A program made the position numbers and the translations under genes. Positions 40,691 through 52,302 of a DNA stretch of 64,000 nt are shown here, piece by piece. The stretch spans positions 160,001-224,000 of the forward strand of contig CAWGZR010000003.1 of NCBI GenBank assembly GCA_963827165.1. Direction: 5' to 3'. The notes below the pieces were generated by a model. The model was not told where the DNA came from. It ran no database searches and saw only the letters and a list, made by a program, of their open reading frames with translations. This DNA is from Candidatus Bathyarchaeota archaeon (GTDB lineage: Archaea > Thermoproteota > Bathyarchaeia > Bathyarchaeales > Bathycorpusculaceae). The stretch's first letter is position 1. Every line of letters starts with the position of its first letter.

Positions 40691-40891
40691 ATGCCAACTG
40701 AAATTACTGATGTGGATAAGTTTGTCGCAATGAGCGCGAAAGCAAAATACTGTTCTGTGCAAAGGCTCAAAGACAATGTTAAATTGAAACTGCGCACGTC
40801 CCGCCAACTATATACTCTAAAAATAGAACCCCTCAGAGTCGATGAAATCATAAAGAAACTCCAATGCGAAATCCAAGAAAAAGAAAAATAA
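40691..40891 (+). CDS. rpl38e: 50S ribosomal protein eL38
   Basis: MPTEITDVDKF...VKLKLRTSRQLYTLK matches the eL38 signature. Confidence 0.85.
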   Translation: MPTEITDVDKFVAMSAKAKYCSVQRLKDNVKLKLRTSRQLYTLKIEPLRVDEIIKKLQCEIQEKEK

Positions 40892-41700
40892 ATCCAATCT
40901 TTCTTAACTATTAGTTTTATGTTGTTCAGTTCGTTTTGAGGGCAGACCCTGTTCTTTGCCATCCAAGCACAGAACCGTATACGAAAGCATCACCAAAACC
41001 CAGTTTTTCACCCCTCACTCGTCAAAATTCCTGCTAAAACTGATTAATTGTTCGAAAACAAACGAACCTTAAATATTCATGACAGCCTAAAGGAGAAAAG
41101 CTGGAAAAATAACAAAAAAAGAGTTCAAATAGTCTTCCGAGGAAGAAATTTGCCCCAATATTATCTATAATGAGGGGAACTTTGCCTGAAAGCATTCAAT
41201 TTCACTGTAAGAAGACAAAAATACTAATCCATAGATAGAATTCTACCCCGCTAATTGGCCGAATTTGAATTTTTCATTTGTCTGTTCCCATTTTTCACTC
41301 GAAAATCAAGCGAATGGTCATTTTTTAAATGTAAAAGTTAAAATAGGCTCAGGTTTATCTCAGAAAAATGCATGAAATTGATGATTGCTCCGTACCGCGT
41401 ATTCCATTTATGCTCTTCGTTCGACGAAGGCTGGTTCAGTTTGGCATTTGAAGAATGTAACGAAGGTATTTCAGTGAGGTTAGGATAATTCTCCAGCAAA
41501 GGTCAAATGGGTGTGGGTGCAGACTTGAATGAGCAATGGGTTGATTCTTTAAGGCGCCTGAATTGGTTGGGAAGTTAAAAAGTGAGTTTCGTTGATGCTT
41601 TTGTATACCGATCCAGGAAGGACAGAGAGATTTTTTTGGCACCTTGGATGTAATTCACTCATAGTTGATGGTTTGTTGTTAATTTGGTTGCGGGTTCGTC

Positions 41701-42408
41701 ATGAGTGTTGAGCGTAATCTGTTAATTTCTCTGTTGAAATTAACAAAAAACGGGCCTGTTTTAACTGAACTTGTTAAAAGAGAAGCTCATCTATCTGCAG
41801 CCGTTATGTCAAAATTGCTAGCAAAATTGCAAAACGAGGATTTAGTTTATTTGAAACAAGGCTGCATTGAAGTCGAAAGCGAAAACAGGCTCACACTTGC
41901 AGTTCAAGCCCTCTCGTTAGGTGCAGACGTTGAAGACATCAGTAACTTGCTTTGCTGGCAAGAATTTGAAGAAATTGCAGGCTACGTGCTGAAAAATAAC
42001 GGTTTCACAGTTTCAAACAATGTTCGTTTCAAGCAGTCGGGTCGAAGATGGGAAATAGATGTTGTCGGCTGCAAGAAACCGTTGGTTATCTGCATCGACT
42101 GCAAACATTGGCAACATGCTATTCCCCCCTCTGCTCTGAGGAAAATCGTTGATTCGCAAATTGACCGAACACAGGCAATGGCAGATTCATTGCCGAACCC
42201 TTCGCTCAAATTGGGATGCACTCAATGGAACGACGCCAAGTTTATGCCTGCAATTCTGTCACTCATGCCCAGCGCGTTCAAATTCTACTATGAAGTCCCA
42301 ATCGTTCCCATACTACAACTGCAAGACTTCTTAAATCAACTATCCGCCTATACAGAAAACCTAAAGTTTTTCACTAAAACCTTCAACAAATTAACTCATA
42401 ATCTTTAG
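41701..42408 (+). CDS. wHTH + PD-(D/E)XK restriction-endonuclease-like protein
   Basis: N-terminal HTH-like region. WQEFEE..GF...WEIDVVG...IDCKHW nuclease motifs. Confidence 0.8.
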   Translation: MSVERNLLISLLKLTKNGPVLTELVKREAHLSAAVMSKLLAKLQNEDLVYLKQGCIEVESENRLTLAVQALSLGADVEDISNLLCWQEFEEIAGYVLKNNGFTVSNNVRFKQSGRRWEIDVVGCKKPLVICIDCKHWQHAIPPSALRKIVDSQIDRTQAMADSLPNPSLKLGCTQWNDAKFMPAILSLMPSAFKFYYEVPIVPILQLQDFLNQLSAYTENLKFFTKTFNKLTHNL

Positions 42409-44262
42409 AATTGAAGATCTTGCCACTTTAAACGCAGGATAGAGACTGCAAAGCAAGATTCCGGCTAAGGCAGCGAAAAGCAACCCGGCAATCTCAAATA
42501 TCGTGAAACCCGTTACCACGGGCTGGGGCAACAAGAACAAGTAAGTTAGCATCGTGCCAAGCGAAATTCCGATTCCAAAGCTTGAAAGCAGCAAAACTGC
42601 ACTTTGCGCCCCCAAAACCAAAACAACAAACCGAGGTTTCGCACCAATAGACCTCAAAACGCCGAATTCTTGATGCTGCTCATCTATCATAAGCATCATG
42701 TAGCTGACCATGCAAAGGGCTGCAGCGGCCAAAGTAAAGAAGGGCATAATCATTATTGTTTCCCAACTTGACCCTAGAAAACTTGTGTCTTTTTCCACGA
42801 CGCTGTTTATTTGGAAAACGTTCAAGTTTGGATCTATATTCTTTAGTAAGCTCTTGATTTGAACGATCGCGACTGACTGGTCAGCAGAGCTTTTAAGCGT
42901 TACCAAGAGAAGATTCGGGCTCAAAATTCCAGATGCATTTTCAAGAGTTTGGATAGGCACATATGTGACAAAGCCATTATTTATTGGGTCAACACAGACA
43001 CCGACGATGTTGTATTGGGTGTTTTTGAATAACATGTCTTCAACTAGCGGGTTTGCCTGAGATATTCCAAGACTTGAATCGGGCATGTAGATAGTTTGGG
43101 AAACTGAATCGCCAATTACAGCCTGATATTGATCTCTAGTGTTCAAGAATCTGCCCTGCACATTCCAGCTACTAGAGAGTTCCGCGGGGTTGACACCTAC
43201 CACCATGGCGGTTGTTGTCCTGTTACCACCTACATAACCAACCGAGCCGGTATCGCCGTTAAAACTGAAGTTTGCAACCTCCTGAATCTGCCCGTCTAAA
43301 ACCAAACGAGTATCAACCAAATCCACGCTTGACAAAGAGTTTAGTTGGGTTACGACTGAGTTGGAAATAGCCAGATTTGGGCTGGAATAGTCAAAACCGC
43401 TTGTATTAAGGGCGCCTGAAAACTTCGATAGAAGCTGTTCGTATTGGGTGCCCATGCCGGGTGAGGCAATAACTATGGAGTTTTTGCCCACGCTATTTTG
43501 AACCCAACTTGTAGTTGTGTCGCTTGCGATAACTCCGCCCCCGACACATACTGTAAGCAGGATGAAAACTATGGACAGCAAAATCAGCAGTCTAAAAGTT
43601 GCTGATTGACGACGAAGCAGGCTTCTGCTGGCTATGCTCCAGGTTAATCCAGATTTTGACAGCGGCTTATGTTTTCCCGTTTTTGCTAAGCCATGGTAGG
43701 TTACGGGCGAAAGAGCCTTAATCGGTGGCATTCTTGAGGCTTTAAGAAGGGGCCCAATACCGAAAACCAATGCCAAAACTAAGAAGACGACAAAAACTAT
43801 AGGTCCCGACCAAAGATTAGGCACCCTGTATTCCGAAAAAACATAGTTTGAGATGCCATAATCCATTATAAAACCGAGAATTAAGCCTAAGCCACATCCC
43901 ACCACGGTCGTCGCTAAAAGTTCCGTCATAAAATATCCGGCAACAAGGTTGTTTGGGCATCCAGCCGCCTTTATCAAACCGAAATCCCGCGTTCTTTGAG
44001 CCATCATTGAGAAAGCAATGAAGGATGTGAGGATTGCGCCTACGGCGAAGATGAGAATGCCAATGAATGAAATAAACTGGGAGAAAACCACGTTTATTCC
44101 CACCGTAAAAACGTTGGTGGCTGAGGTTAAACTGCTAAGTTGGCTACTGAATAGTAGCAGAAACATGGTGGAAGCAACACTAAATGCTAAAGTTGCTACT
44201 GTTAAGCTTGTTTGAAGTCTCCTTCGAAGCAAATCGTTTATTGGAAAACCTGCGCTACTCAT
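42391..44262 (-). CDS. FtsX/MacB-like ABC permease
   Basis: Two FtsX motifs (RTRDFGLIKAAG, EFGVLRSIGA) and a periplasmic domain. Confidence 0.88.
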   Translation of the reverse strand: MSSAGFPINDLLRRRLQTSLTVATLAFSVASTMFLLLFSSQLSSLTSATNVFTVGINVVFSQFISFIGILIFAVGAILTSFIAFSMMAQRTRDFGLIKAAGCPNNLVAGYFMTELLATTVVGCGLGLILGFIMDYGISNYVFSEYRVPNLWSGPIVFVVFLVLALVFGIGPLLKASRMPPIKALSPVTYHGLAKTGKHKPLSKSGLTWSIASRSLLRRQSATFRLLILLSIVFILLTVCVGGGVIASDTTTSWVQNSVGKNSIVIASPGMGTQYEQLLSKFSGALNTSGFDYSSPNLAISNSVVTQLNSLSSVDLVDTRLVLDGQIQEVANFSFNGDTGSVGYVGGNRTTTAMVVGVNPAELSSSWNVQGRFLNTRDQYQAVIGDSVSQTIYMPDSSLGISQANPLVEDMLFKNTQYNIVGVCVDPINNGFVTYVPIQTLENASGILSPNLLLVTLKSSADQSVAIVQIKSLLKNIDPNLNVFQINSVVEKDTSFLGSSWETIMIMPFFTLAAAALCMVSYMMLMIDEQHQEFGVLRSIGAKPRFVVLVLGAQSAVLLLSSFGIGISLGTMLTYLFLLPQPVVTGFTIFEIAGLLFAALAGILLCSLYPAFKVARSSILKIMS

Positions 44263-44947
44263 TTGTACTCGCCAAGACGCCTTCTTCAAGGCATAAAACT
44301 TGATCCGCCAACTGCTTTATTTGCGCGTCATGAGTCGCGACAATAACTGTTTTTCCTTTTTCCTTCAGAAGTTGAAGGACCTGCACAATTTTCTGGGCGT
44401 TTTTATCATCCAAATTACCTGTCGGCTCATCTGCGAGGATAAGCTGCGGATCATTAGCTAGGGCTCTTGCAAATGCGACACGTTGCTGCTCGCCTCCGCT
44501 CAATTGAGAAGGAAAATGATTAGCCCTGTTCAGCAAACCCACTGATTCAAGCAAATCATTTATGCGTTTTTCAATGTCTTCCTGAGGTTTAGCCGTCCAT
44601 TCCATGGGAAACGCAATGTTCTCAGCAACGGTTAAGGTGGAAACTAAATTGTAGGCTTGAAAAACGAAGCCGACGCTATTGCAGCGGTAATCTGACAATT
44701 GATCTTCATTTTGGTCTGTTAAGTCTTGACCATCGACAAAGATTTTTCCTGCGGTCGGCCTATCAATTCCGCCGATAATATTGAGAAGAGTGGTTTTTCC
44801 CGAACCTGAAGCCCCGCTCAAAACCACAAACCGTGCTTTATGAATAGAAAAGGTGATATCTTTTAAAACTTCAAGTTTCTCGTTACTTACATCATAGGCT
44901 TTTCCCAGCGTCTCTGCATGAACGAAAAACTCGTCTTGGGTTTGCAT
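44255..44947 (-). CDS. ABC ATP-binding protein (LolD/MacB type)
   Basis: [28 protein letters not shown]. Confidence 0.95.
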   Translation of the reverse strand: MQTQDEFFVHAETLGKAYDVSNEKLEVLKDITFSIHKARFVVLSGASGSGKTTLLNIIGGIDRPTAGKIFVDGQDLTDQNEDQLSDYRCNSVGFVFQAYNLVSTLTVAENIAFPMEWTAKPQEDIEKRINDLLESVGLLNRANHFPSQLSGGEQQRVAFARALANDPQLILADEPTGNLDDKNAQKIVQVLQLLKEKGKTVIVATHDAQIKQLADQVLCLEEGVLASTNE

Positions 44948-45023
44948 TCCTCTTGGCCTCTCCTAGCGAAAAAAGAGTTACGCGTTACTATAATATAGGT
45001 TGAGGTACAGTTGCTTTCTTTCT

Positions 45024-45473
45024 TCAGGGGTAGGTTGTGTCCAGATTTAGGTTTCCTCTATCGCGTTTGAGTATTCTTATTTTTTCAGGCAGTTTATTTT
45101 TCTCCCAATCTGACCATTCGACTTCTTTGAAAAGCCACCGCTTTCCCAAGTGCGCCGCCACCACGGCGTGTTTATGGGCGTTGTCTGCGGGGATTAATTC
45201 GTTTAGGAATCTGAAAAGTTTGTCGACTTGTTGTTTGGGGAAATATGCGTAGTATGTGGCGTTTTTGACTTCAAAAGCGTACATGTGAAGGTCGCGTCGG
45301 GCCATGACGTCAGGGAGCGGGTTTAGGCTTGGGTTACTTACTGGAACCCGAACGGCGTTGTAACCTTTTTTCTGCAAAAGCTTAACCAGTACAGTTTCAC
45401 TGTAGAAGCCTCTCTTGCGCCAACGCCTAAGTCTAACCCTGTCTATCTCTTTACTCAATCGATCGGACTCCAC
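45024..45473 (-). CDS. Hjc-like Holliday junction resolvase
   Basis: RGFYSE..L.KKGY.AVRVPVS....PDVMA....AFEVK, the Hjc-type PD-(D/E)XK signature. Confidence 0.78.
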   Translation of the reverse strand: MESDRLSKEIDRVRLRRWRKRGFYSETVLVKLLQKKGYNAVRVPVSNPSLNPLPDVMARRDLHMYAFEVKNATYYAYFPKQQVDKLFRFLNELIPADNAHKHAVVAAHLGKRWLFKEVEWSDWEKNKLPEKIRILKRDRGNLNLDTTYP

Positions 45474-48414
45474 TCGTCAACTGCTTATCAACGCTCAAAG
45501 AATAAAAATTGTTGCCTTTAGAGTTGGGCAAAACACGTTGGGGGATGCTTTTGTACACCTTGTACTGAATGGTGGCACGCTGGCGAAGTCTGGTGACGAA
45601 AACAAAAGCAAGTAATACGTATAACACCATTGTAACCAATCATGCAATCGTATCCATCCACACAGCAAAAATATTGCCAGTTTAGACTACATTAAGCAGT
45701 TCAAAGTTAGCGCTTGACCCAAAAACACACAGAACTCAACATCAACCGCACACAAAAAATTGCAGCCAAAACTCTGGTGAATATGAAGATCTACAGGTCC
45801 TTTTCAGAAACTCGGAAAAAACACAGTCTCACTTGCGAAAAGCTGCAAACAGAAAACAAAAAACGACAGCCTATTTCGGAGTTTTTTTCCGCATTTCTCG
45901 GTCATAGCGCCTTACAGTTCCAGGATCGCACACAATCTTAGCGGGTGAGTCCGAAGATAAAACTAGGAACTCCTCTCGGTTTAAGATTATTGGAAAGCAT
46001 TTTGGTCAAAACAGGTTCCTGAAGGGAAAACCTTCGTCTCCAATTTTTTTTGTCAAAAAACCGCAAAGTTTCGTTAACCACGAAAAAAACCACGTAAAAC
46101 CTCGAAGACCAACCGAAAAAACCGAGTTTGCCTTCGCATGGAGATTTTCGGGGGTACTTATATGAGGCCACGATATTCTCCATGCCACGTCTCTATGGGA
46201 ACACTTGAAAAGGCTGAAACAGGGGTTTTTTAGAATTTTAAGGTCAAACTAAGCCCCAAGATTCTCGTTTCCATACCAAAAAAATGGCAGCTTTTTTAAA
46301 TCAATTGTTACGAAGAAAAACAAGCCCCAATCAACAGTTTTAGAGTAAAATACCCCCTAATAATAGTCATTTTTACGAAACAAGGCGAACGGAACCACGT
46401 TAATTGGATCCCTGAAAAGACAACTCAAAACATTCAGCAAAAATTTTGAAATCAATCGTTGCCCCAGATTTCCACAGAATCTTTTGCTTGACCGTTTGAT
46501 AACCCCGGAAATTTGGTGCCACTATCATACCATATTTTTTTCATCGGAAGTTCGTTTGATTTTGTTTTGACCGCGAGAAATTATTCTTCTTTTTTTTGAG
46601 GGAAAGCAATTAGAAAATGCTGGCGCGAACATAGCAACTGTAAATCCAAAAAGCACAATTAGCTGTTTTTAAAGCTCACCACAGAAAGAAAAAATAAGCA
46701 CAAAAATTAGGCCACAAAGACACCGCAACTAAGGTAAACATCACGAAGGTCACTAGGCTCTCACGACCGTCAACCGCGCAAAAAATTGCCATCCACGCTC
46801 AACCAACACCTGAACGTCCGTTTCTAAAACCCAAATGACTGCTGCTTCTTCCCTTGCGATGTCTTCCTTAAAGTTTTTGAATAACGATTTTATCAAGCAC
46901 GGCTCCAGAGTCCTTAGCCTACGTGAAGGAATTTTAATAACTCACCCAAACCGACTGCTCTGCAGTCAACCAATTACAGGGCAGACTTCAATTATTTTGC
47001 CGAAGTCGTTTTCTTGAGCTTTCAAATCTATGCGAATCAACCACGCTTGCTCCAGAAACAAACTCGTGATTCCAATGCATTCATTTTCTTAAAAACTGTT
47101 TTTCGGTTGCTTCAAATTCCCTGAGATGTAAAAGATTCACGACCCATTCCTACTTGAACCATCACTATGATGCAAACGCCGGTTTTTGTTTACTGAAAAA
47201 GTGCAAATTGATCCATCATTTTTTCTCAACAAGCACCCTGCATAAGATTAGCTGGCGTAAGCAGCGCTATATTCGAGCGATTGCTTGATATGAAACTTCA
47301 CATACGTGAACTCAGTGACATAAGCAATACGCTTACGATTTACCATCACGGGGCACAACCAGCAAGATGAATAACAAACCATCGAAAACAACTTCAATTC
47401 GCGTAGGCGAACAAAACCGGCAGGTTGCACTTTTGTCGGGGAGTAAAGTGCTTACAGATGTTTAAGAAAATCACACTGACTGAGCAACCCCCTCAGTTTA
47501 CTTTGCCACAGCACCTATTCGATATCAAATTCTTTGCAGCTTAGGAAAAGCAGAAATCAGTTTCAAATACAACAGGCAACTGTCAAGCCGCGTCAACGCA
47601 CTATCAATAATCGGGAAGCCTCGTGTCATTAAAAGCCTGTACACTGCAAACAGGCGTTCATCTGTTTTTTTAGATAATTTCAGTGCCCTGCACTTGCCAC
47701 AGGAAAGATAACCGGGCTGTTTGCCAAAATAACTTTTGACAATGCGGATGTACTATCTTTTGGTCTTTGAAATAAGGAAGAGTTTTCCTCTGTTTTTTGT
47801 CGCACCAGGCATATGGGAAAATCGTGTTATCGCCGTCCCAGCCCGTATACAAAAGCATCAACGGCACACAGTTTATTTCAGGAGCCATTAACTAATTTTC
47901 AGCCGACTTGGCTAAACCAGTTTTCGAAGCCAGCCGAACCTTAAATATACATGCAACGCGTTAAGCTGAAACTGCAAAAATAATTCGATCAATCGCTGAT
48001 GCCAGCCTTTTCAACCCAAAAAACGGTAGCTTTGAAGAGCAAGAGGTTCAAAGGCAAGGAAAATCAGATAACTTAGGCTGAAGTGGAGGCTATTTGAAAC
48101 ATTTTTAGGATGATCTCTAACTTTTCATCCAATCTAATGGGAAAACGTGGGAATTTTCAGGGGCGAAAAAACAGCTAAATGGTTATTTTTTACAAATAAA
48201 TGTTAAAACAATATCAGTCATGGCTCGGAATAGCGCTTATTCTGCCGAATTATAGCAGCTTTCTTGAATTCTTTAAGCTTCGGATGCCGAAAACTCGAAA
48301 CTTTCTAGCCTATCAATCAAAAAATCAGCCAGCGTAAGGCGCCTGCGACCCCCAGAAAAAAGCAGGCATTTCGAAATATTTTTCAGCGCTAACTGACGTT
48401 ACAAGAATGAGAGC

Positions 48415-48832
48415 ATGTCAAACTTTAAGGTCGCTAACTACAGTTTCAGCTTTGCGACTAAGGGCGAAATAGATTTCGTAGATTTGTCCCAGAAGGTTCA
48501 GGAAGAGGTCTCTGCGTCAGGCGTAAGAAACGGAATTGTCCACGTGTTTGCGCCCCATGCAACAGGCATACTGGTTTTGACAGAAAATGATGACTCCCTG
48601 CTTAGAGGACATAAGGATGTTGCTTGAAGAGCTCGCACCAAAAAGATCAACTTATCAGCATCCTTCGAACGCCCACTCTCACCTGCGATCGATGCTTCTC
48701 CCGCCTGACAAGACTTTGCCAATAGTTAACGGGAAAGTCACTTTTGGAACTTGGCAGTCGTTGCTCTTCGTGGAAACTGATGTCTACCCGCGAAAACGAA
48801 CCATAATCATCCAAGTCCTGGGCGAACAGTGA
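48415..48832 (+). CDS. YjbQ/UPF0047 family protein, frameshifted near 48597
   Basis: PHATG..TENDD in one frame, NAHSHLRS...GTWQSLLFVE in the next. Confidence 0.85.
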
Positions 48833-49265
48833 AGTTGGAAGAAACAGGCACGTACTTATTCTTACGGCGCAATTGAGTAAATTTGGTTTTTTCGGTTGCT
48901 GTTACCGCAACATGTAAATCTGGTCCATTGTTTTCGCGCGTTTAATGACAATTTAAGGTGACCAAGTCTGCGTATTTAACTATTTATTGTAAAAATTGTC
49001 CATTCGATGTCATTTCGTGACAACCTTAGGAGGCAAAAACCTCGGATTAGATATGCAAATCGAATTTCAAGGCGCACAAGGCCAAAATTATGCCCACCTA
49101 GACGGCTCTAGACCCCATTTCAGAAACGGTCAAGCTCTTTTCAGGCTTAAATAAACCAAGGTTTCACCTATTTCAAGAGAAAACCGCCCAGCCATTGGCA
49201 GATTCAGCGCCTTTGCCTGAATTCGGTGGGATGATTATTTAAGGTTCGGCGCTTTTCGAAGAAGG

Positions 49266-49994
49266 TTAACCTTTTCGCTCAGTTGGGAGCCTCTTGGATG
49301 ATCCGCGTGGGCGCATCCGAGATTTCTTCCTATCCGTTGCTTTTTCATTGGGTTTGTCTTCAAAGGTGTCAGCTTCAACTTCACCCATCGGCAAGGTGTC
49401 AACAGCGTCAGGGAAATCAGCGGTTGTCGCCTGCACAGCTCCGCATTTAAGCATAGATTCTACTGCTTTATCGACATCTTCTGGCTGGGCGTCTATGCCC
49501 CGCGTGGCATCCATGAGAACAATGGTTTCGTATCCATGTTTCCGTGCGTCAAGAACCGAGTGTAGAACGCAGTAGTCAGTAGCCAATCCCCCCACGAAAA
49601 GCCGCCGGATGCTGCGCTCCTTCAACTCTTTAGCAAATGTGGTTTGGTCAAAAACTGAGTAGCTTTCCCGCATAGGGTCGGTAGCTTTAAAGACAACCAC
49701 CGCATCTTTTGGCAGTTTAAACTTGGGGCTGAACTCGGCGCCTTTAGTATCTTGGACACAATGCGGAGGCCAAGAACCACCCTGCTGCTTAAACGAGCAA
49801 TGGTTCCGAGGATGCCAATCACGGGAAGCAAAAATAGGGGCTTTAGCGTCCGCGAAAATTCTTGCGAACTCGTTTAAAAGAGGAATAATTTCGTCGCCGC
49901 CGGGAACAGGAAGCGCTCCTCCAGTTAGGAAATCATTTTGGATGTCAGTTATCAAAAGTGCATCGGAACTTGTCAAATTATAGGTTTTGTTCAA
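49266..49994 (-). CDS. pncA: Nicotinamidase/pyrazinamidase
   Basis: DIQNDF, DWHP, WPPHCVQ, GLATDYCV. Confidence 0.92.
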   Translation of the reverse strand: MNKTYNLTSSDALLITDIQNDFLTGGALPVPGGDEIIPLLNEFARIFADAKAPIFASRDWHPRNHCSFKQQGGSWPPHCVQDTKGAEFSPKFKLPKDAVVVFKATDPMRESYSVFDQTTFAKELKERSIRRLFVGGLATDYCVLHSVLDARKHGYETIVLMDATRGIDAQPEDVDKAVESMLKCGAVQATTADFPDAVDTLPMGEVEADTFEDKPNEKATDRKKSRMRPRGSSKRLPTERKG

Positions 49995-50222
49995 ACAGAT
50001 ACCTCATAAAATAGTCTTTAAATTTATGTTGTTTAAAATTCAAATTTACTAGCGCGAAACTATTGGATAAACCTTTTGTGGGTAACGCACGTTTGAAAAA
50101 TTGAAAAATGCAGGCGATAGCACAAAGACAACGGGGTTTTACTGTGTTTTGGTGATGCTTTTGTATACCGCTTAGCAACGCTTATCTTTTAAGGGACGCT
50201 CAATAAAATACGAGACGTCAAA

Positions 50223-51758
50223 ATGCTTGCCAAAAACAAACCAATCACAAACAGGGAAATGCGAGCCCTAGAAACTAACGCGGAATATTACGGCATGAGC
50301 CTACTTCAACTAATGGAAAACGCTGGAAGCCGCGTTGCCGAAGAAGTGGCTTCTCGCTTCCCCGAAGGCATGAAGGTTGCTGTTTTCTGTGGTTTAGGTG
50401 GAAACGGAGGCGACGGCTTTGTCGCCGCTAGGCATCTTTTGAACCTTGGCTTCAATGTTTCCGTGGTTGTTGTGGGCAAATACAGAGACATCGGTCACGA
50501 TGCGGCGCGTGCTAACTTTGCGATTCTCCAATCAATACAGAACAAGATTGCCTTGGTTGAAGTGACGGACAGCTCAGCAATACCAAAATTGACCATTGAA
50601 ATAGTTATCGATGCTTTGTTGGGAACGGGCACAAAAGGAAAAATCAAGCCGCCAGTAAGCCAAGTGGTAAACTGCATCAACACCTCAGATACTTTCAAAA
50701 TCGCAGTTGACGTTCCAACAGGAATAGATTCCGACACTGGCGATGTTCTAGGCACAGCGGTTAAAGCTGATTTAACCATAACTTTTCACAGATCAAAAGT
50801 CGGGCTGGAGAAAGCAACGGAGTACGTTGGTGAACTTGTAGTAAAGGACATTGGATTGCCTATAGAAATAGAGCGTTATGCGGGTCCAGGCGACGTTTAC
50901 CTTGCAAGGGTTCCGAGGAGGCCAACAGCGCACAAAGGCGATTTCGGACGACTCCTAGTCATCGGCGGAAGCGAAATTTATTCGGGAGCACCGACTTTGG
51001 TTTCGCTGGGTGCCATGCGAACGGGAGTTGACCTCGTTTATCTCGCTGCGCCCTCGAAAACAGCGAACGTGATTTCTTCTATGTCCCCTGACTTGATTAC
51101 GATTAAGCTTGAAGGCACCAACCTGAATCCAGCCAACATCGAAACGGTCAAACCGTACCTTGCGATGGTTGATGCAGTAGCATTAGGTCCGGGTTTAAGC
51201 TTGAATGCTGAAACCGTCGATTTCGTAAAGCTTTGCGTTGAAGAGGTTGAACGCGTGGGGAAACCTTTGCTTTTGGACGCCGATGGACTTAAAGCCTTTG
51301 CCAAGTTCAAAAGACCCCTCAGGACGCCGCTTGTTCTTACGCCTCACGCTGGCGAGTACTCGCTACTTACGGGTGAAACGCTGCCTGAAAACATGGAGGA
51401 ACGAGCCGTGGCAATACAGAAAACTGCGAAAAAACTCGATGCTGTAGTTCTTGTAAAGGGCAAAGTTGACTGCATCTGTAGTCCTGAACGCATCAAGCTG
51501 AATTTCTCTGGGAACCCCGGCATGACAGTGGGCGGCACAGGTGATGTTCTTAGCGGCATCGTCAGCGGCTTAATGGCTCAAGGAGTTGACCCGTTTGAAG
51601 CAGCAACGGCTGGAGCTTTCGTCAACGGCGCAGCAGGCGATTTCGCCGAGGCCGAGCTTGGCTTTCACATGGTTGCATCAGACATTATTGACTGGATCCC
51701 AAACGTCTTCGAGGAACCAATGAACCACTTAAAGGTACGCAACCAACTTGGAAAATAA
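50223..51758 (+). CDS. nnr: Bifunctional NAD(P)H-hydrate epimerase/dehydratase
   Basis: LMENAG, GNGGDG, DVPTG, HKGDFG, LTPHAGE, GGTGDVLSG. Confidence 0.95.
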   Translation: MLAKNKPITNREMRALETNAEYYGMSLLQLMENAGSRVAEEVASRFPEGMKVAVFCGLGGNGGDGFVAARHLLNLGFNVSVVVVGKYRDIGHDAARANFAILQSIQNKIALVEVTDSSAIPKLTIEIVIDALLGTGTKGKIKPPVSQVVNCINTSDTFKIAVDVPTGIDSDTGDVLGTAVKADLTITFHRSKVGLEKATEYVGELVVKDIGLPIEIERYAGPGDVYLARVPRRPTAHKGDFGRLLVIGGSEIYSGAPTLVSLGAMRTGVDLVYLAAPSKTANVISSMSPDLITIKLEGTNLNPANIETVKPYLAMVDAVALGPGLSLNAETVDFVKLCVEEVERVGKPLLLDADGLKAFAKFKRPLRTPLVLTPHAGEYSLLTGETLPENMEERAVAIQKTAKKLDAVVLVKGKVDCICSPERIKLNFSGNPGMTVGGTGDVLSGIVSGLMAQGVDPFEAATAGAFVNGAAGDFAEAELGFHMVASDIIDWIPNVFEEPMNHLKVRNQLGK

Positions 51759-52302
51759 CTCCGAAACGCCTAAACCAGTTTTGCCCGTGAGAATAACCAT
51801 TTATCACGCTGCCCAAGATGATCCTAAAAAGAACACTGCTCTTAGACTTAAACGGCGAGGATTCGCAAGGATAGTTACCAAAGTAAAGTTCTTGCCCAAA
51901 CGGGCTATTGTGCTTAACCCTTTTGGCGAAATCGCGTTTTCACCGGCTGATAGGGAAAGGATTTCGCAGTTTGGGTTAGCAGCGTTAGATTGCAGTTGGG
52001 AACATGCCCAGAAAGTTATGGGAAAACACGTCAAAGGTACCAGCCGATGCTTGCCGATTCTAATCGCAGGTAACCCAGTTAACTACGGCAAATTGACAAA
52101 GCTTACAACAGCTGAAGCCATCGCCGCCGCCCTATTCATAGCAGGTTTCAAAGAAGAGTCTGAGACTGTTTTGTCGGTTTTTAGTTGGGGTCACACGTTT
52201 TTTGAGCTAAACAGTATGTTGCTTGATAACTATGTATTGGCGAAGGATAGCGGCGAAATCGTAGAGATGCAAACAAGGCTTCTTGGAAAAAAACGTGAGT
52301 AA
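51748..52302 (+). CDS. tsr3: 16S rRNA aminocarboxypropyltransferase (DUF367)
   Basis: QDDPKKNT, LDCSW, RCLP.LIAGNPVNYG, WGHTFFELN. Confidence 0.93.
   Translation: MENNSETPKPVLPVRITIYHAAQDDPKKNTALRLKRRGFARIVTKVKFLPKRAIVLNPFGEIAFSPADRERISQFGLAALDCSWEHAQKVMGKHVKGTSRCLPILIAGNPVNYGKLTKLTTAEAIAAALFIAGFKEESETVLSVFSWGHTFFELNSMLLDNYVLAKDSGEIVEMQTRLLGKKRE

Noticed and set aside
45714-47888. 60-80 aa ORFs in the gene desert
   Set aside because: Low-complexity translations, overlapping on both strands, without RBS or family motifs.
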